Counted from the whole stretch's first letter, positions 47,092 through 59,997 are shown. The stretch is DNA of 63,849 bases, filler included, from Polymyxa betae A26-41 (GCA_003693705.1; 5 parts of 5 records of this genome joined end to end with filler, not necessarily neighbours in it), one strand, 5' to 3'. The notes: generated by a model not told the origin, from the letters alone. Made by a program: numbers and translations.

Positions 47092-50000
47092 TGTTGGGGT
47101 AAAACTGGTTTCGGGTTAATTACCGACAATTTGGTGTTGTCGGGTGAACGAAGAAGGGCTAAGGTACCGGAATCTCTCGTGTACGATACACGGCCTTTTC
47201 TTGAACTTCGATCAATATTTATTAATGTTTTAATGGTCTGAAGAGCACTCCTATTCATGAACAGAGATTATGGGACCTAACTCCGATGCGCAGTTTAAAC
47301 TGCGCAGAGATTTAGAGAGCCGGTGAGATTCTCAACACGCCCCCTCGAATCGGCTGCAGTTCATCTTTCCTTCTCAGAGACATGGCAGATCGGCACCATA
47401 CAAATTTTGCGCTGTTGATTGGTTTCGTGAATGAATCGGCAACCATCACTGCTGTAATCACATGAGCTAATTCGCCCTGTTTTGCCTTAATCAGCTGTCT
47501 TGTGTAGTGGTACTTCACGTCGATGTGTTTCGTCCGGCTATCCGACCTGTTGTGATTGCTGATAGATATACATCCTCTGTTATCTGCAAAAAATGTGGTT
47601 GGATCGCTGTGCTCAAATCTAAGGTCTTTGCAAAGCTGACGTATCCAGACAGCCTCCCTTGATGCCGAACAAAGCGCAACATATTCTGCTTCTACGGATG
47701 ACAGAGACGTTATTGTCTGTAACTTGGATTTCCAGGGCACGGCTCCATCACCCATAAGGAACACAAAGCCGGTTGTAGAACGACTGGTATCAGGATCTCC
47801 TCCCCATTCCGAGTCCGAATATCCTATCAGTTTGGGCTGTTTTGGCGTCCTTTGGAAGAAAAGACCAAGGTTTGCAGTGCCAGAGAGATAGCGCAAGACC
47901 CGTTGTGCGGCGTGCCAGTGCTGTTTCCCCGGATTGGAAATAAATCGGCATAGGGACCCTACGGCCGTTGCGATGTCTGGTGTGGTGTTGGACGAAAGCC
48001 AATTCAGTGAGCCGACAAGCTCTCCATAAGGAACTCTTTTCATATAAGCTTTCTCATCATCGGACTGTGGACACATCATAGACGACGGGTGGACGTCAGG
48101 TTGATGTGATGTTGATGTTGGGGTGCAGCCAGTCATGTTGAATCGTTCGATTAACTGGTTGACATATTCCTCTTGGTCCAAAGCGATTCCCTGGTGGCCA
48201 ATTGTTACACGTACCCCTAAAGGTCGCTGCGGTTCTCGAACGTCAGTCAACTCCCATTTTTCAACGAGTTGTTTAATGAGGTCCGAGCACAATTCCATGC
48301 TGTTATGAACGAAGAACATGTCGTCCACGTGAACTGCCACCATAACGAGGGATTTCTTGCTTTGAAGAACATAAACACATGGTCAGCCAGCGTTCTGTGA
48401 AAGCCGAGTTGTTTTGTCAGGAAATTGTCAAGTTCTTGATTCCACACCATTCCTGCTTGTTTCAACCCATAAAGGGCCTTCTTTAGCCTGAGAACCTTCC
48501 TTGGACTCGTCGATTGAAGAAAACCTGCTGGTTGTTCCAAGTAAATATCCTCTTCAAGTTTGCCATTAAGAAACGTACCGACCACATCGACTTGGTGGAG
48601 GTGATAACCATTCTATGCGGCGAGGGCAATCAGGACGCGAAACGAAGTGGAATGTGCCACCGGAGCAAACGTTTCACTGTAGTCGACCCCAAACTGCTGC
48701 GAAAAGCCCTTGACAACGAGCCTGGCCTTGAATTTCCTGACTAGTCCTTGACCGTCGAGGCTTGGTTTTAAATCAAATACCCATTTGGACTGAATGGCTT
48801 TTCGCCATGAAGGTAAATCTACCAGCTCCCATGTATCGAATTTAGCGATTTGATCAAGCTCTGCTCTCATCGCGTCGTACCAGTGACCTGAGTACGATCC
48901 CGAGACGGCCTCCTTGAATGTGCTGGGAACCTTCACTTGCGATAATGGGATTCTGGATATGCACCGCCTTGGCAGTATCTCAGGATCGAATGTGGGAACA
49001 TTTGTCTCTGCAAGTGATGCAATCCACCATTTTCCAGGCGGTTTTCTGACGCGTCCAGGATATCTGCTCTCTGATTCGTCCGTTAAGTTCTCGGCGTCGG
49101 AATCGACGCATTCAGAATTCGGGGTCTCGTATGCCTCGTCATCGTTTAAGGACTCCGATTCTGAAAGCAGCTCGCCACTTCCAATGGTCCGGTCAGAAGC
49201 ACCATCTTGATCTTGACTTTCATCTGAATCATGATTTTCACTCTCACAAGGATCATCATGATTCTGCTTGGGGTAATCCTTTCCAGGACCGATATCATCA
49301 GAATCGTCGTCACTGGGGTACATATCTGACCGGCATTCGTTGTGTCCATCTTCTTCTCTGTCATCTGTGACAACACCTTGTAAATCGTGGTTGCATCGCC
49401 CGAAAGTGAACGATCTTTCATTAAATATCACACTGCGGCACGCGAAAATCTTCTTCGAGACAGGATCGAACAGCTTGTAAGCTTTCTGGGATGTTGCATG
49501 TCCCACGAAGATGCCGCGTTGTGCCCTTTGGCTTAAACTTGTTCGCTTAGCAGCGGGTATATATCCGCAACTATCACAGCCAAAGACCCGGAGATGGCAT
49601 AGGTTCGGCTTACGTCCCCACCACATTTCGAACGGCGTCTTGCCTTCTAAGTACGAATGCGGTCTTCGGTTCAGTAGATAAGCTGCTTGGCATACGGAAA
49701 GGCACCAGAACGATTTCGATAGCGCCGCTTGAAATCTTAACGATTCTGCAGTCTCCATAATTGTTCTGTTGAGTCTTTCGGCGACACCATTTGATTGTGG
49801 GCAATATGGTACTGTCGTTCTATGAGTGATTCCTCTGGAAGCTAGGTACTCTTGAAATTGCTTGCTCATGTATTCTCCTCCATTATCGCTCTGGAACATT
49901 TCAATCGACCGTCCACCTGCTTGAAGCTTGTTACATATAAATTTTTCGTAGTGTTTGAACGCATCACATTGGTCACTCTTGTTCTTGAGAAGATATATTT

Positions 50001-51817
50001 TGACATATCTTGTAAAATGGTCGGTATATGTGACGAAGTATCGCCAGCCCCCATCGATTGCAGGTGTTTTGAGAGGTCCTTTAATGTCCGACATTATCAG
50101 TTGACCTGGCCTCGTTGAATTAAACTGGCTCGCTGGGAACGGAAGTTGCGTCATTTTTGATAGAATACAAGGCTCACAAAGCGAGACATTTTCAGCCTTG
50201 CCGAGTTTGATCCCTTCTGCACCGCCTTTTGCAAGGATATTGAGATCTTTGTTATTGAGGTGACCAAGTCTTTGATGCCATATGTCACGGCCAATATCAC
50301 ATTTCAAGTTTGTCAGGTTAGCCAATGTATTTGACTGTTGGGTGATTTGCGGTTTAAACCGATATAAATTGTTATGATTCTTGCGGACTTTGGCCACAAC
50401 ATTCCCACTTGCTTGTTTGAACCCATCAGCAGCGTACAAGGTCCGGTAATCGCCGTCAAAAAGGAATTTTAGACCTAAGCTGGATGCTTGGCCAACAGAG
50501 AATAGTTTCTTTCCCAATTTTGGCACGAGTAAGGCATTATCTGTTTGGAGTATCTGATCGCCGATGGCAAATTCTGCTTGGCCGAAGCCATGAGATCCGA
50601 TTGTACTATTATCGCCTAGTTGAATTTCAGGTCCTAGGGTTGATGTGATATCCTTGAAGTAATTATTGCTCTTAAACATGTGGTTTGAACACCCGGAATC
50701 AACTATAATGGACGTATCGTTTCTACCAACGCTGTTAGCCGACGCTGAGCATATAGATTGCAATGAGTAAACTGAATGCTTAGACCTTGTATTATTGATT
50801 CGGTTGCGAAGCTCCGGATGCAGAGTAAAGCAAGCGTCATCTCCTCCGGGGTGGCGGTAGTGTGGAATTTTACAGATAGAAACTCCCGGCCTCTGCTTGG
50901 AAAGTTTTGAAATCTGGGCACGAAGACCGCTAATCTCCTCTTGCATGGCCAATTCAGCGGAGAATCTGCTCGACTGGGAACGCGCTTGGGTTTCAGCGTT
51001 TAACAGCATGTTAGTTGCCTTCTGCATGGAAACATCATCCAATGTGTCGAGTGCGGTGACAACCTCGTTAAACTCGTCTCCAATGTTTGCCAAAGTGAGT
51101 GCGATCTTGAGCTTTTCTGGGCATTCTAATCCTGCATTGGTTACTGGTTGAGCTCGGGATTCCATCACGGCAATATAGTCGACAATTGCCATAGAAGGCT
51201 GCTTTTCGGTTTGAACTAACGCTTTGACGGCCGAAATGAGTGCCGCCACTGAGCCTCGTTGAAACATTTCATGAAGCGCTTTCCACAATTGATACGATGT
51301 TTTGGACTTTTGTTCAACGACCAGGATCTTATCGTCAAGGTGAAGCTCGATCTTGGCCTTGGCACGACGGTCTGTTTTGACAAGTTCGCCTTTGAGGATT
51401 GGCGCTGTGCTGTCAGGTTTAAAGGTTGAAGCGTTAAATCCAACGGCCTCGTCATATTCCTTGTCAATGAGCAAGGAGCCCATTCGGCGGGCCCATTGTT
51501 GATAATTCTCGCCTGTGAGAAGTGGGACACGGTCATCCTTTCCCATGGTGAGCTTGGGACTCTTAACCTTTTGTTGGGGTAAAACTGGTTTCGGGTTAAT
51601 TACCGACAATTTGGTGCTGTCGGGTGAACGAAGAAGGGCTAAGGTTCCGGAATCTCTCGTGTACAATACACGGCCTTTTGTTGAACTTCGATCAATATTT
51701 ATTAATTTTTTAATGGTCTGAAGAGCACTCCTATTCATGAACAGAGATTATGGGACATAACTCCGGTGCGTAGTTTAAACTGCGCAAAGATTTAGAGAGC
51801 CGGTGTGATTCTCAACA
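47092..51817 (-). mobile_element. Full-length Ty1/Copia nested in the Gypsy gag
   Basis: 246-bp LTRs 47092-47337 and 51572-51817; TSD CGCGC/CCCGC; PPT near 47338-47347; PBS 51547-51571. Confidence 0.97.
47345..51546 (-). pseudogene. Copia gag-pol polyprotein (one stop at 48613 plus RT frameshifts)
   Basis: IVDSGCSNHM, WHQRLGH…CEPC, SDIKGP, SDNGGEY, NGVAERLNRT, KARLVVKGFSQ, LYGLKQA, VHVDD, GYSDS, EAEY, KHIDVKYH. Likely start MGKDDR at 51546. Confidence 0.95.
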
Positions 51818-54266
51818 CCCGCGGCCATGTTTCTGTTTCGTCAGGGCCTCAACACCGAAGTTAAAAAGTTGTTACTCTCAATGCCAAAGCCCGAGACCCT
51901 GCCAGAGCTCATCGACCAGGCTAATCAGGCGGACTTGCTCGTCAAGGAGCATTATCGGGAAACAGGACCATCAAACCGTGGATTTGGACATACTGCCACC
52001 GGCGGGGCGCTGCCACAGCCATCGCCGTCCGCGTCGCGCGCAACAACAACTTCTTCTACCAACGCCATGATTATTGACTCGGCCACCGCGACAGGAGGCC
52101 CTCGCCAAAAGTTGACTCCGGATGAACGGCTGCGCAGAATCCAAAATGGTCTTTGCCTTTATTGCGAAGGAGAAGGGCACGTCGTTCGCAACTGTCCTGT
52201 CCTAAAGGCAGTGAAGAATTACCATTACGATAATACACAATCGGAGAACCTTATCTACTCGACGAGTGCTACTTGCCTCGACAGCAGCCCTGTTCCGCCT
52301 ATAGTCAAGAAGATCGAAATCACGCAAAAGAGAACAAGGACTCTATGTGATGCATTGATCGATTCTGGCGCATCTTCTACGTTTATGGACAGGACATTCG
52401 CTGTCGAATGTGGTCTGGTTATCCGTCGGATCCTCCATCCCATTTCAATACAAGTAGTCGATGGAAGAGTGATGAACACCATCTACTGTGAGACTGAACC
52501 GTGCATAATGAAGTTAGACAAATATACATGCCAAGTCAAGTTTCTTTTGATTGAATCCCCGAGGTACAAGGTTATATTGGGCTTTGAATCGGCTCAAATA
52601 CCACAACCCCTCTAATGACTGGAACAACCAAACCGCTTCAGCCCCGAGGCTCAGCACAGACCTCAAAGCGAAAGCCGACATGGACACAGAGCACCACGTC
52701 AGCTTTCAGACTCGGGTCTGCCACCCAGCTCACCCGGCCATGGACTCAGAACAAGTTGATGGTCTCCCAGAGAAGTACAAGGACTTCGCCGACGTGTTTG
52801 CAAAACGGAGTGCCGATAGGCTACCGCAGCACCGCCCAGCTGACTGCGCCGTAAATTCCGTGGATGACTACGGAACTCTACCCAGCAGGAAGATATACAG
52901 CCTGTCAGCGAAGGAGGAGGAGGCTCTCCGGGACTATTTGTCGGAAAATCTCGCAGAAGGGTTTAATCGACATTCTCAATCGCCTCTGGGGTCGCCGATC
53001 TTATTTGCAAAAAAGAAGGACGGTACTTTGCGTCTTTGTGTCGAATACCGCAAGTTATATTCGATCACTAAAAAGGAGCCATATCCGGTACCGCCTATTT
53101 CAGGCATTTTACGGCAATTAGATCAAGCGTTTATTTTTACCAAAATCGATCTGAGGGGGCATACAACCTCGTTCGGATTAATGCAGGGGACGAGTGGAAG
53201 ACCGTTTTCACTTGTAAATACGGTCGATTCGAGTATCGTGTAATGCCTTTTGGGCTGAAAAACGCCCCTGCGTTCTTTCAACGGCACATGAACGAAACAT
53301 TCTCGGACTTTATCGACCGTTTCTTGGCTGTCTACCTGGACGATCTACTGATTTATTCGGCAAATGAGCGTGAGCATGATGCTCATGTTCGGTCTGTCTT
53401 ACAGAGATTGCGTGACACTGGACTTTATGCAAAATTTGAGAAATGTTTTTTGTCGTAACTGAAGTGGAGTTTTTAGGCTACGTCGCCTCAAATGACGGGA
53501 TCTCAGTGGACAAGACTAAGGTTGACACCATCCTCTCCTGGGAGGTCCCAAAGGACGTGAGGGCGTGCAATGCTTTTTAGGGTTCGCGAACTTTTATCAT
53601 GACTTCATTGTCAACTTTTCCACGATCCTGAAGCCGCTCCATCAGTGAACTCACAAAGACACCGCATTCGTTTGGACAGATCGGGAACAGCAAGCCTTCG
53701 ATGAATTGCAACGTGCATTTTCTTCTGCTCCAGTATTGGCACATTTTGACCCACGGCGCCGGTGTGTGTTAGAGACGGACGCCTCGGACTACCCAGTCGG
53801 ATGGTGATCTCGCAACCACAGGATGACGGTAAACTTCATCCAGCTGCCTTTTATTCTCGAAAACTAACTGCTTCCGAAATCAATTACGACACGCACGATA
53901 AGGAGCTCCTGACGATTGTTGTTGCGTTCTCGCGCTGGCGACATTTTTAGAAGGCAATCCACATAAAATCCAGGAATTCAGCGATCACCGGAACCTGATT
54001 CATTTCATGGACTCAGAGTTTTAAATCGCAGACAAGCAAGATGGTCTATGATTCTGTCGGAATTTGACTTCGAAATTCTGCATCGACCCGGGTCTCTCAG
54101 CGGCAAACCAGACACACTTTCGCGGCGTCCGGAGTACATGATCAAGCCAAATGACCCTGCTTGGACACTACAGAAGACATCGATTTTGCAGCCTGAACAC
54201 TTTCGTCGTCAAACCAATATTCTTAATTCTCTAACATTTACACCGCCTTCGTTGGGAGGTGACGTT

Positions 54267-54560
54267 TGTGTAGTGAGGCTGTCTCACATTCAAAACAAAT
54301 AGAACAACTGAGTCAATCGATGCTNNNNNNNNNNNNGGAAAACCCTAACGTGACAGTGGAGGACCCGAAAGGGCCAAATCGCCACTGGAGGCCCAGTGGC
54401 GGCGGAAACTGCGTGAGTCACCGTCCGGCATCCGGAAGCCCGGAACTACCCTGGCCGGCCTGGACGAGACCTTGGGGCCTGGAATCTAATTCTACTAAAT
54501 CATAATTCAATTGTGCTCTCAATTGTAAAGCCTTTGTTCACGTAGGAGACAAACGACACA
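54267..54560 (+). repeat. Family A LTR inserted in the Gypsy pol
   Basis: TGTGT…ACACA; CGTT duplicated at 54263-54266 and 54561-54564; host frame GDV|LERIRKA is restored. Confidence 0.85.
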
Positions 54561-56551
54561 CGTTCTCGAACGTATTCGGAAGGCACAGCAGTCTTCACTG
54601 TTCATTGATCATCATCTCTCCGACCCGGATCGTTTCAAAATGAACGACGGGCTGCTGTACAGAGACAATTGTTTAGTGATCCCAGATCTGGCCTGCCGAC
54701 TGGAGTTACTGCGAAGTCGACACGACAGCCCTCTGGGCGGTCACTTTGGTGTTAGAAAGGCAATAGCATCGGTTCGAAAAGACTGCTGGTGGCCAGACAT
54801 GCGGAACATGGTCAAAAACTTCGTAAGTTCATGTGACGTCTGCAAGAGATGTAAACCGCCGAGACACAAACCGCACGGACTTCTTCTTCCTCTTCCGCTT
54901 CCTTTTAAAAATGGTCGTCGATCTCCATGGACTTCATCACCAAACTTCCAGTCTAGCACGGCTATGACTCGATTATGGTCGTTGTGGACCGGTATTCAAA
55001 GATGGCTCACTTTGTTACCTGTTTTGATTCAATAACAGCTGAAACGCTAGCAGACCTATGTTAGGGTTTTAGTGCAAACTACATGGATTGCCGAGCGAAA
55101 TAGTTTCGGATCGTGGACCGCAATTTATCTCGAAGTTTTGGGGATCCCTTCTTCAAAGATTGAGGGTGCAACGCAACCTCTCTTCCTCCCGTCACGCTGA
55201 ATCGGACGGACAGACTGAACGAGTGAACCAAATTTTAGAGCAATATCTCCGATGTTCTGTGTCCTACAGGCAGGACGATTGGGCGGACTGGCTCCCGATG
55301 GCCGAATTTTTTTTCATATAATAACTCGGAGCACTCCTCGACAAAGACGACCCCATTTTATGCAAATTATGGATTTCACCCACGAATGGACAATATTATG
55401 ATCACCCGCGAAGAGACCAACCCCAGTGTGGAACAGCGTTTGGAGCATTTACAAGATATCCGCATTTTTTTTGCTAGAGGAACTGAAACGTTCTATAGAG
55501 GCAATGAAACACTTCGCGGGCCGCCGAAGAACGGATAAAGTGTTTAAGATCGGAGATTTGGTCATGCTACGGCGTGCCGGAATTTCAACCAAACGACCCT
55601 GCGAGAAGCTGGGCTTCCGTAATCTTGGCCCATTCAAAATCACTCAAATCATTAACCCCGTGGCCTACCGTATCCAGCTCCCACCTAATTGCAGATTGCA
55701 AGATGTATTTCATGTATCACAGCTAGAGCCCTACAGATCAAATTCTCTTCCTGGACGACAGCAGCCACCACCAGAGCCCATTACTTTGGAGGGAGAACGC
55801 GAACCACAATTCATTGTGCGAGAAGTCTTGGACTCGAGGTATTATCGGAATCGATAACAATATCTTATTGATTGGGAAGGCTATCCACCTACTAACCGAA
55901 CATGCGAATATGCAAGCTCTCTCGGGGCTACAGAAGCTCTCAAACAGCACATACGAGAATTTCATATGACATATCCGGAGAAACCAGGACCAGACATGAG
56001 AAAAGGTCAGTTTAAAAAGGGGGGGGGGCAATGTCAGGAGCCTCGCTCCCGACAGCAGCACGGCCTCTTCAGCGCAGCCAAGAAGTGCGAAGTACTAGTA
56101 GATAGAACGTTCCACTGCAGACGCCAGATGTCAGTACTTGAGAAAGGCCGTGATTCTAAATCTGTCAAGAGTGTTCTAAGAACATTCCGTAGATATACTT
56201 CAGCGAACTAGGAGAGCAGACAGATTCCATTCCGATAACCTCCGTTTTACTAATACATTCGCTTTCGCTTTCGACAAGTCCAACTGTAGCCCGCTTTCGC
56301 CCGACATCCCTGACACTTATGTTACCATTGGCGTAGTATCGCAATGTGGTTTAAATAGTGCGCTGTGACGCAGTATTTATTACTTCATTAGGAGAAAATA
56401 TAAGTTGATACATTCCCCTCCTTCAAAAATTATTTTAACTTCTTGTGAAACNNNNNNNNNNNNNNNNNNNNNNNNNNNNNNNNNNNNNNNNNNNNTTAAT
56501 TAATTAANNNNNNNNNNNNNNNNNNNNNNNNNNNNNNNNNNNNNNNNNNNN

Positions 56552-59500
56552 TAACAGCTTTAACTTTAGAAAGGTCCATAGAAACGCCATGGGAAGAAAC
56601 AATATAACCGAGGAATTCTGTCTGAGAAGTAGAAAATTCACATTTCTCGAGCTTAGCGCAAAGCTTATGCTCGCGTAAAATTTGCAAAACCTTACGAACA
56701 TGAATCTCGTGATCAGAACGGGTTTTAGAAAAGATCAAAATGTCGTCAAGGTAGATAATCACAAATTGTTCAAGAAAAGGTCGGAAAATATCGTTCAGGA
56801 AATGTTGAAAAGTAGCCGGAGCATTAGTCAAACCAAAAGGCATAACATTAAACTGAAAATGGCCAAAAGGGGTTCGAAAAGCGGTTGTCCACTCGTCACC
56901 TTTACGTACGCGCAGGAGGTAGTATGCCGAACGTAGGTCGATGCGGTGAACACTTTGGCCGAACGGAGTCGGTCGAGGAGCTGGTTGATCAGCGGGAGCG
57001 GGTAACGATTTCGGATCGTGAGGGCGTTCAGGCCGCGGTAGTCGATGCAGAGGCGAAGGCTCCCATCTTTCTTGCGGACGAACAGGACAGGGGCGCCAGC
57101 GGGGGAAGTCGATTCTGTGATGAACCGCTTCGGGAGGTGTTCGGCGAGGAAGTCGCGAAGTGCTGCGGCTTCAGGTTCGCTCATGGGGTAGATCGGGCCG
57201 AACGGAGGTTGCTTGCCAGGTTCGAGATCAATCGCGCAATCGTATTGCCGATGAGGAGGGAGTGAGTCCTGGATCGACTTATCGAAGACGTCCGAGAAGT
57301 CGTGATACTGCGGCGGGAACTCGGGCGCTTCTTGCCGCTCGGCTGGGATGATGTCGATAGAGAAGAGCTGCGCACCGCAGCTTTGTTGCAGAAATTCATC
57401 AGAGTCGGCGAAGCTGATGGAGACGTTAGGGACGGAATCTGGGTCACAATGATGTCGGCAGCCACGGAGCTTGATCTCGCTTTGGCGCCAGTCGATGTCG
57501 GGGTTATGCTTCTCCAGCCAAGGCGCGCCAAGAACGATGGGCTGGCGTGGAGTGTCGATGATATAGAAGCGGAGCTGTTCTCGATCTAGGCAAGTCTCGA
57601 TCTCGACTGGGGATGTGCAGAACTTGACGTCGCCTTGTTTCAGGTCGGAACCATCGATGGTTTTCACAAAGACGGGGGCAGGAAGGGCATCGAGGTGGAT
57701 GGCGAACTTTTCGGCAAAATGCCGGTCCATGAAGAGTGATGACGGTCCGGAATCGATAAAAGACTCAACAACTTTGCCTTTAATGATTAGCTTAGCTTGT
57801 AAACAGGTGGACTGAGGCGGGACACAATCACAGAAGCTGGAGGGGCCAGCGGTGGAGGGGTCGGGGGCGGCGCCAGAGAAGACGGCGGGACGACAAGAAG
57901 TATTAGTATGGAAACCGGGAGCGGAGCGTATAGTGCAATTAGACTTTCCAAGCGGAACGGAACGAGGCGAAACATTCATAGGGTCAAGGAAGGCAGGGAA
58001 ACTAGGTAAATTGAAACTAGGGGAACTAGGGAAACTGTCGGAATAATCGGAAACATAGGAACTTACAGAAGAACGAGAGGAACAAGAACGAGGAGAATAA
58101 TAAATAGGCGAAACGTTTAAAGGAATTGGAGATGGTGGAGAAGGACTGCCCGTTTCCCGGCTTGGTTGGGCAGCTTACTTTCTGGTGGCCAGATCCTCCA
58201 CAATAAAGACAGAGGTTGTTCTCGATTCGTCGCTTCCTTTCTTCGGCAGAGATGGGGCCACGGCGGGTAGAATTAGTGGTAGAATCAAGGATCATGTGAT
58301 CATTCGGGACTGAGCTGGATGTGGATGTGGATGGGGTTGCGAACCCAGAACGGCGCTTCCGTTCCACTTCTCTTTCACGAAGGCCGTTATCGATCAGCAC
58401 GCACTGCGCGATGAACTTCTCCAAATCGGTCTCGGCGGCTGTATGTGTGAGCTCGTCGAGGATGGCGTCGGTCAGTCCGGCACGGAACCAGTATACTTGC
58501 GCGTTGTTGTCGAAGTCGGCGTCCATGACAATGCGCCGGAACTCGGCAGCGTAGGCGACGACGGGACGTCGGCCTTGTCTAAGCTGCGTCAGCTTACTGA
58601 CGGCGGTCTTGGCACGGTGAGGGCCGTCAAACATGGCTTTGAATTTTTCTTCGGAAGACTCACTGTCATGCCCATTGAGCATGACAGTACTCGCAGCCGC
58701 CCAGCCGACCTCCAGGCAGTCGCACTGGCCCTTCCTGAGGGGCTGCGCAGAGGGCTGCGCCCCTGCTGACGATTCCTANNNNNNNNNNNNNNNGCGCGGG
58801 TCCCCTCGTCTCCCTACTATGAATGGCGAGGAGCGGCCTCCACGCAACCATTCCAATCAACTCCAAAATTCATACGTTTCTCATCTCGTCTCCGACTCTC
58901 TATTGCTTCGTTCTCTCGCCTCGCCTCACCTCCGACTCCCCTCCGACCTTCGTCTCCGCTCCGCCTCCGTCTCACCGGCACCGCTCCGTACGTCCTTCCT
59001 ACGCTCCACTACGATCCCCTCACCGCTCCACTCCGACCCTCTCCCCGCTCCACTCCGTGCCCCGCCGATCCGCCTCCGAGGACTTCCTGACGTCGCTCCG
59101 TTGCAGGACACCGGTCCCCCGCGTCCTACCCTCTGGTCCCGAGTCATCGCACCGTTTATCTAACCAATAAAAGGGGACTTTTTACTCGATCCTAACATTC
59201 CCATGAAGAAAGCATGGGATCCTGGAGCTCGAGGTATGGCGTGATCCAGTCCAGGGCTGCGCCCCGGAGCAGCGAGGCGACGAACCCGGTCTTGGAGGCG
59301 TCGGTGGGGAAGCGGTCGTGGGAGACCGAGAACTAAAGCTTGACACTATTAATAAATTGGCGGAACTGCTGACGCTTTCCGTCGTATTTTTCTGGGAGAG
59401 GGAGCTTGGGGCTGCGGTCCGTTTCTTGGTTAAGGTTAGGGTTTGAGATTGCATCTGCTGGGAGAGCTCGGCGTTGCGTTGTTCTAGCTGTTCCTTGGAT

Positions 59501-59871
59501 AGTTGCAGGTCTGAAACTTTGCCGGCGAGATCTGCGACGACAATGGCACCGTGTTCAGGGTTTGTAGCAACGAAAGGGGCGCCGTTAACGATCATGGGTC
59601 TTGTTCGGGTGCACTAAATAGGAACTAGGATTCTCGAATCTAATGTGAGGACTGGGACAGGGCGAGGAAGAATAAGTGAAGGCTACGAAGAAGCAGGCGA
59701 ACAAGAGTTACAAGAATCGATTAGATTCGAGAATGATTGTATTTCGATAANNNNNNNNNNNNNNNNNNNNNNNNNNNNNNNNNNNNNNNNNNNNTCAACA
59801 GGAACTTGGAATTGATGGTAGACGACTCATGAAGTAGCTCGGAAGCTGAACGGAAGTAGTGAATCATGACA
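56552..59871 (-). mobile_element. 5' half of a Ty3/Gypsy element (family B LTR, gag, protease, RT)
   Basis: LTR 59644-59871; gag LRQGRRPV…FRAGL…[14 protein letters not shown]; FIDSG; [11 protein letters not shown]; [13 protein letters not shown]. Confidence 0.93.
58664..59197 (+). repeat. Family D LTR (CTCCG-rich) inserted in gag
   Basis: TGTCATGCCC…GATCCTAACA; inverted copy at 61338-61875; removal restores LSSWE|SSEEKFKAMF; TSD degenerate (CTCAC/TTCCC). Confidence 0.88.
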
Positions 59872-59997
59872 GGGTACAGCATTGCGATGGCGCTAAAACT
59901 TTTAGCGTGATCTCTAAAATTTCTGCACCGCACCACGACGGTATATACAACCGCTATATTGCTGTCTGCTCCTGTGCTAGCCCTCAATTCTTCTATA

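Larger units (their letters stand above)
46179..56315 (+). mobile_element. Full-length decayed Ty3/Gypsy chromovirus (family C) with two nested insertions
   Basis: LTRs 46179-46461 and 56032-56315; TSD CTTAT; PPT 56014-56031; gag CLYCEGEGHVVRNC, LIDSGAS, YLDD, RNase H, integrase SDRGPQF, GPF, chromodomain VREVLDSR…YLIDWEGYP. Confidence 0.96.

Noticed and set aside
51547-51571. tRNA gene
   Set aside because: Only an anticodon-arm-like stretch with no acceptor stem or T-arm; interpreted as a PBS.
51547-51738. First 64 aa of the 1041-aa Copia ORF, and ORF 47055..47258
   Set aside because: These are LTR and PBS sequence in an open frame; the probable start is MGKDDR at 51546.
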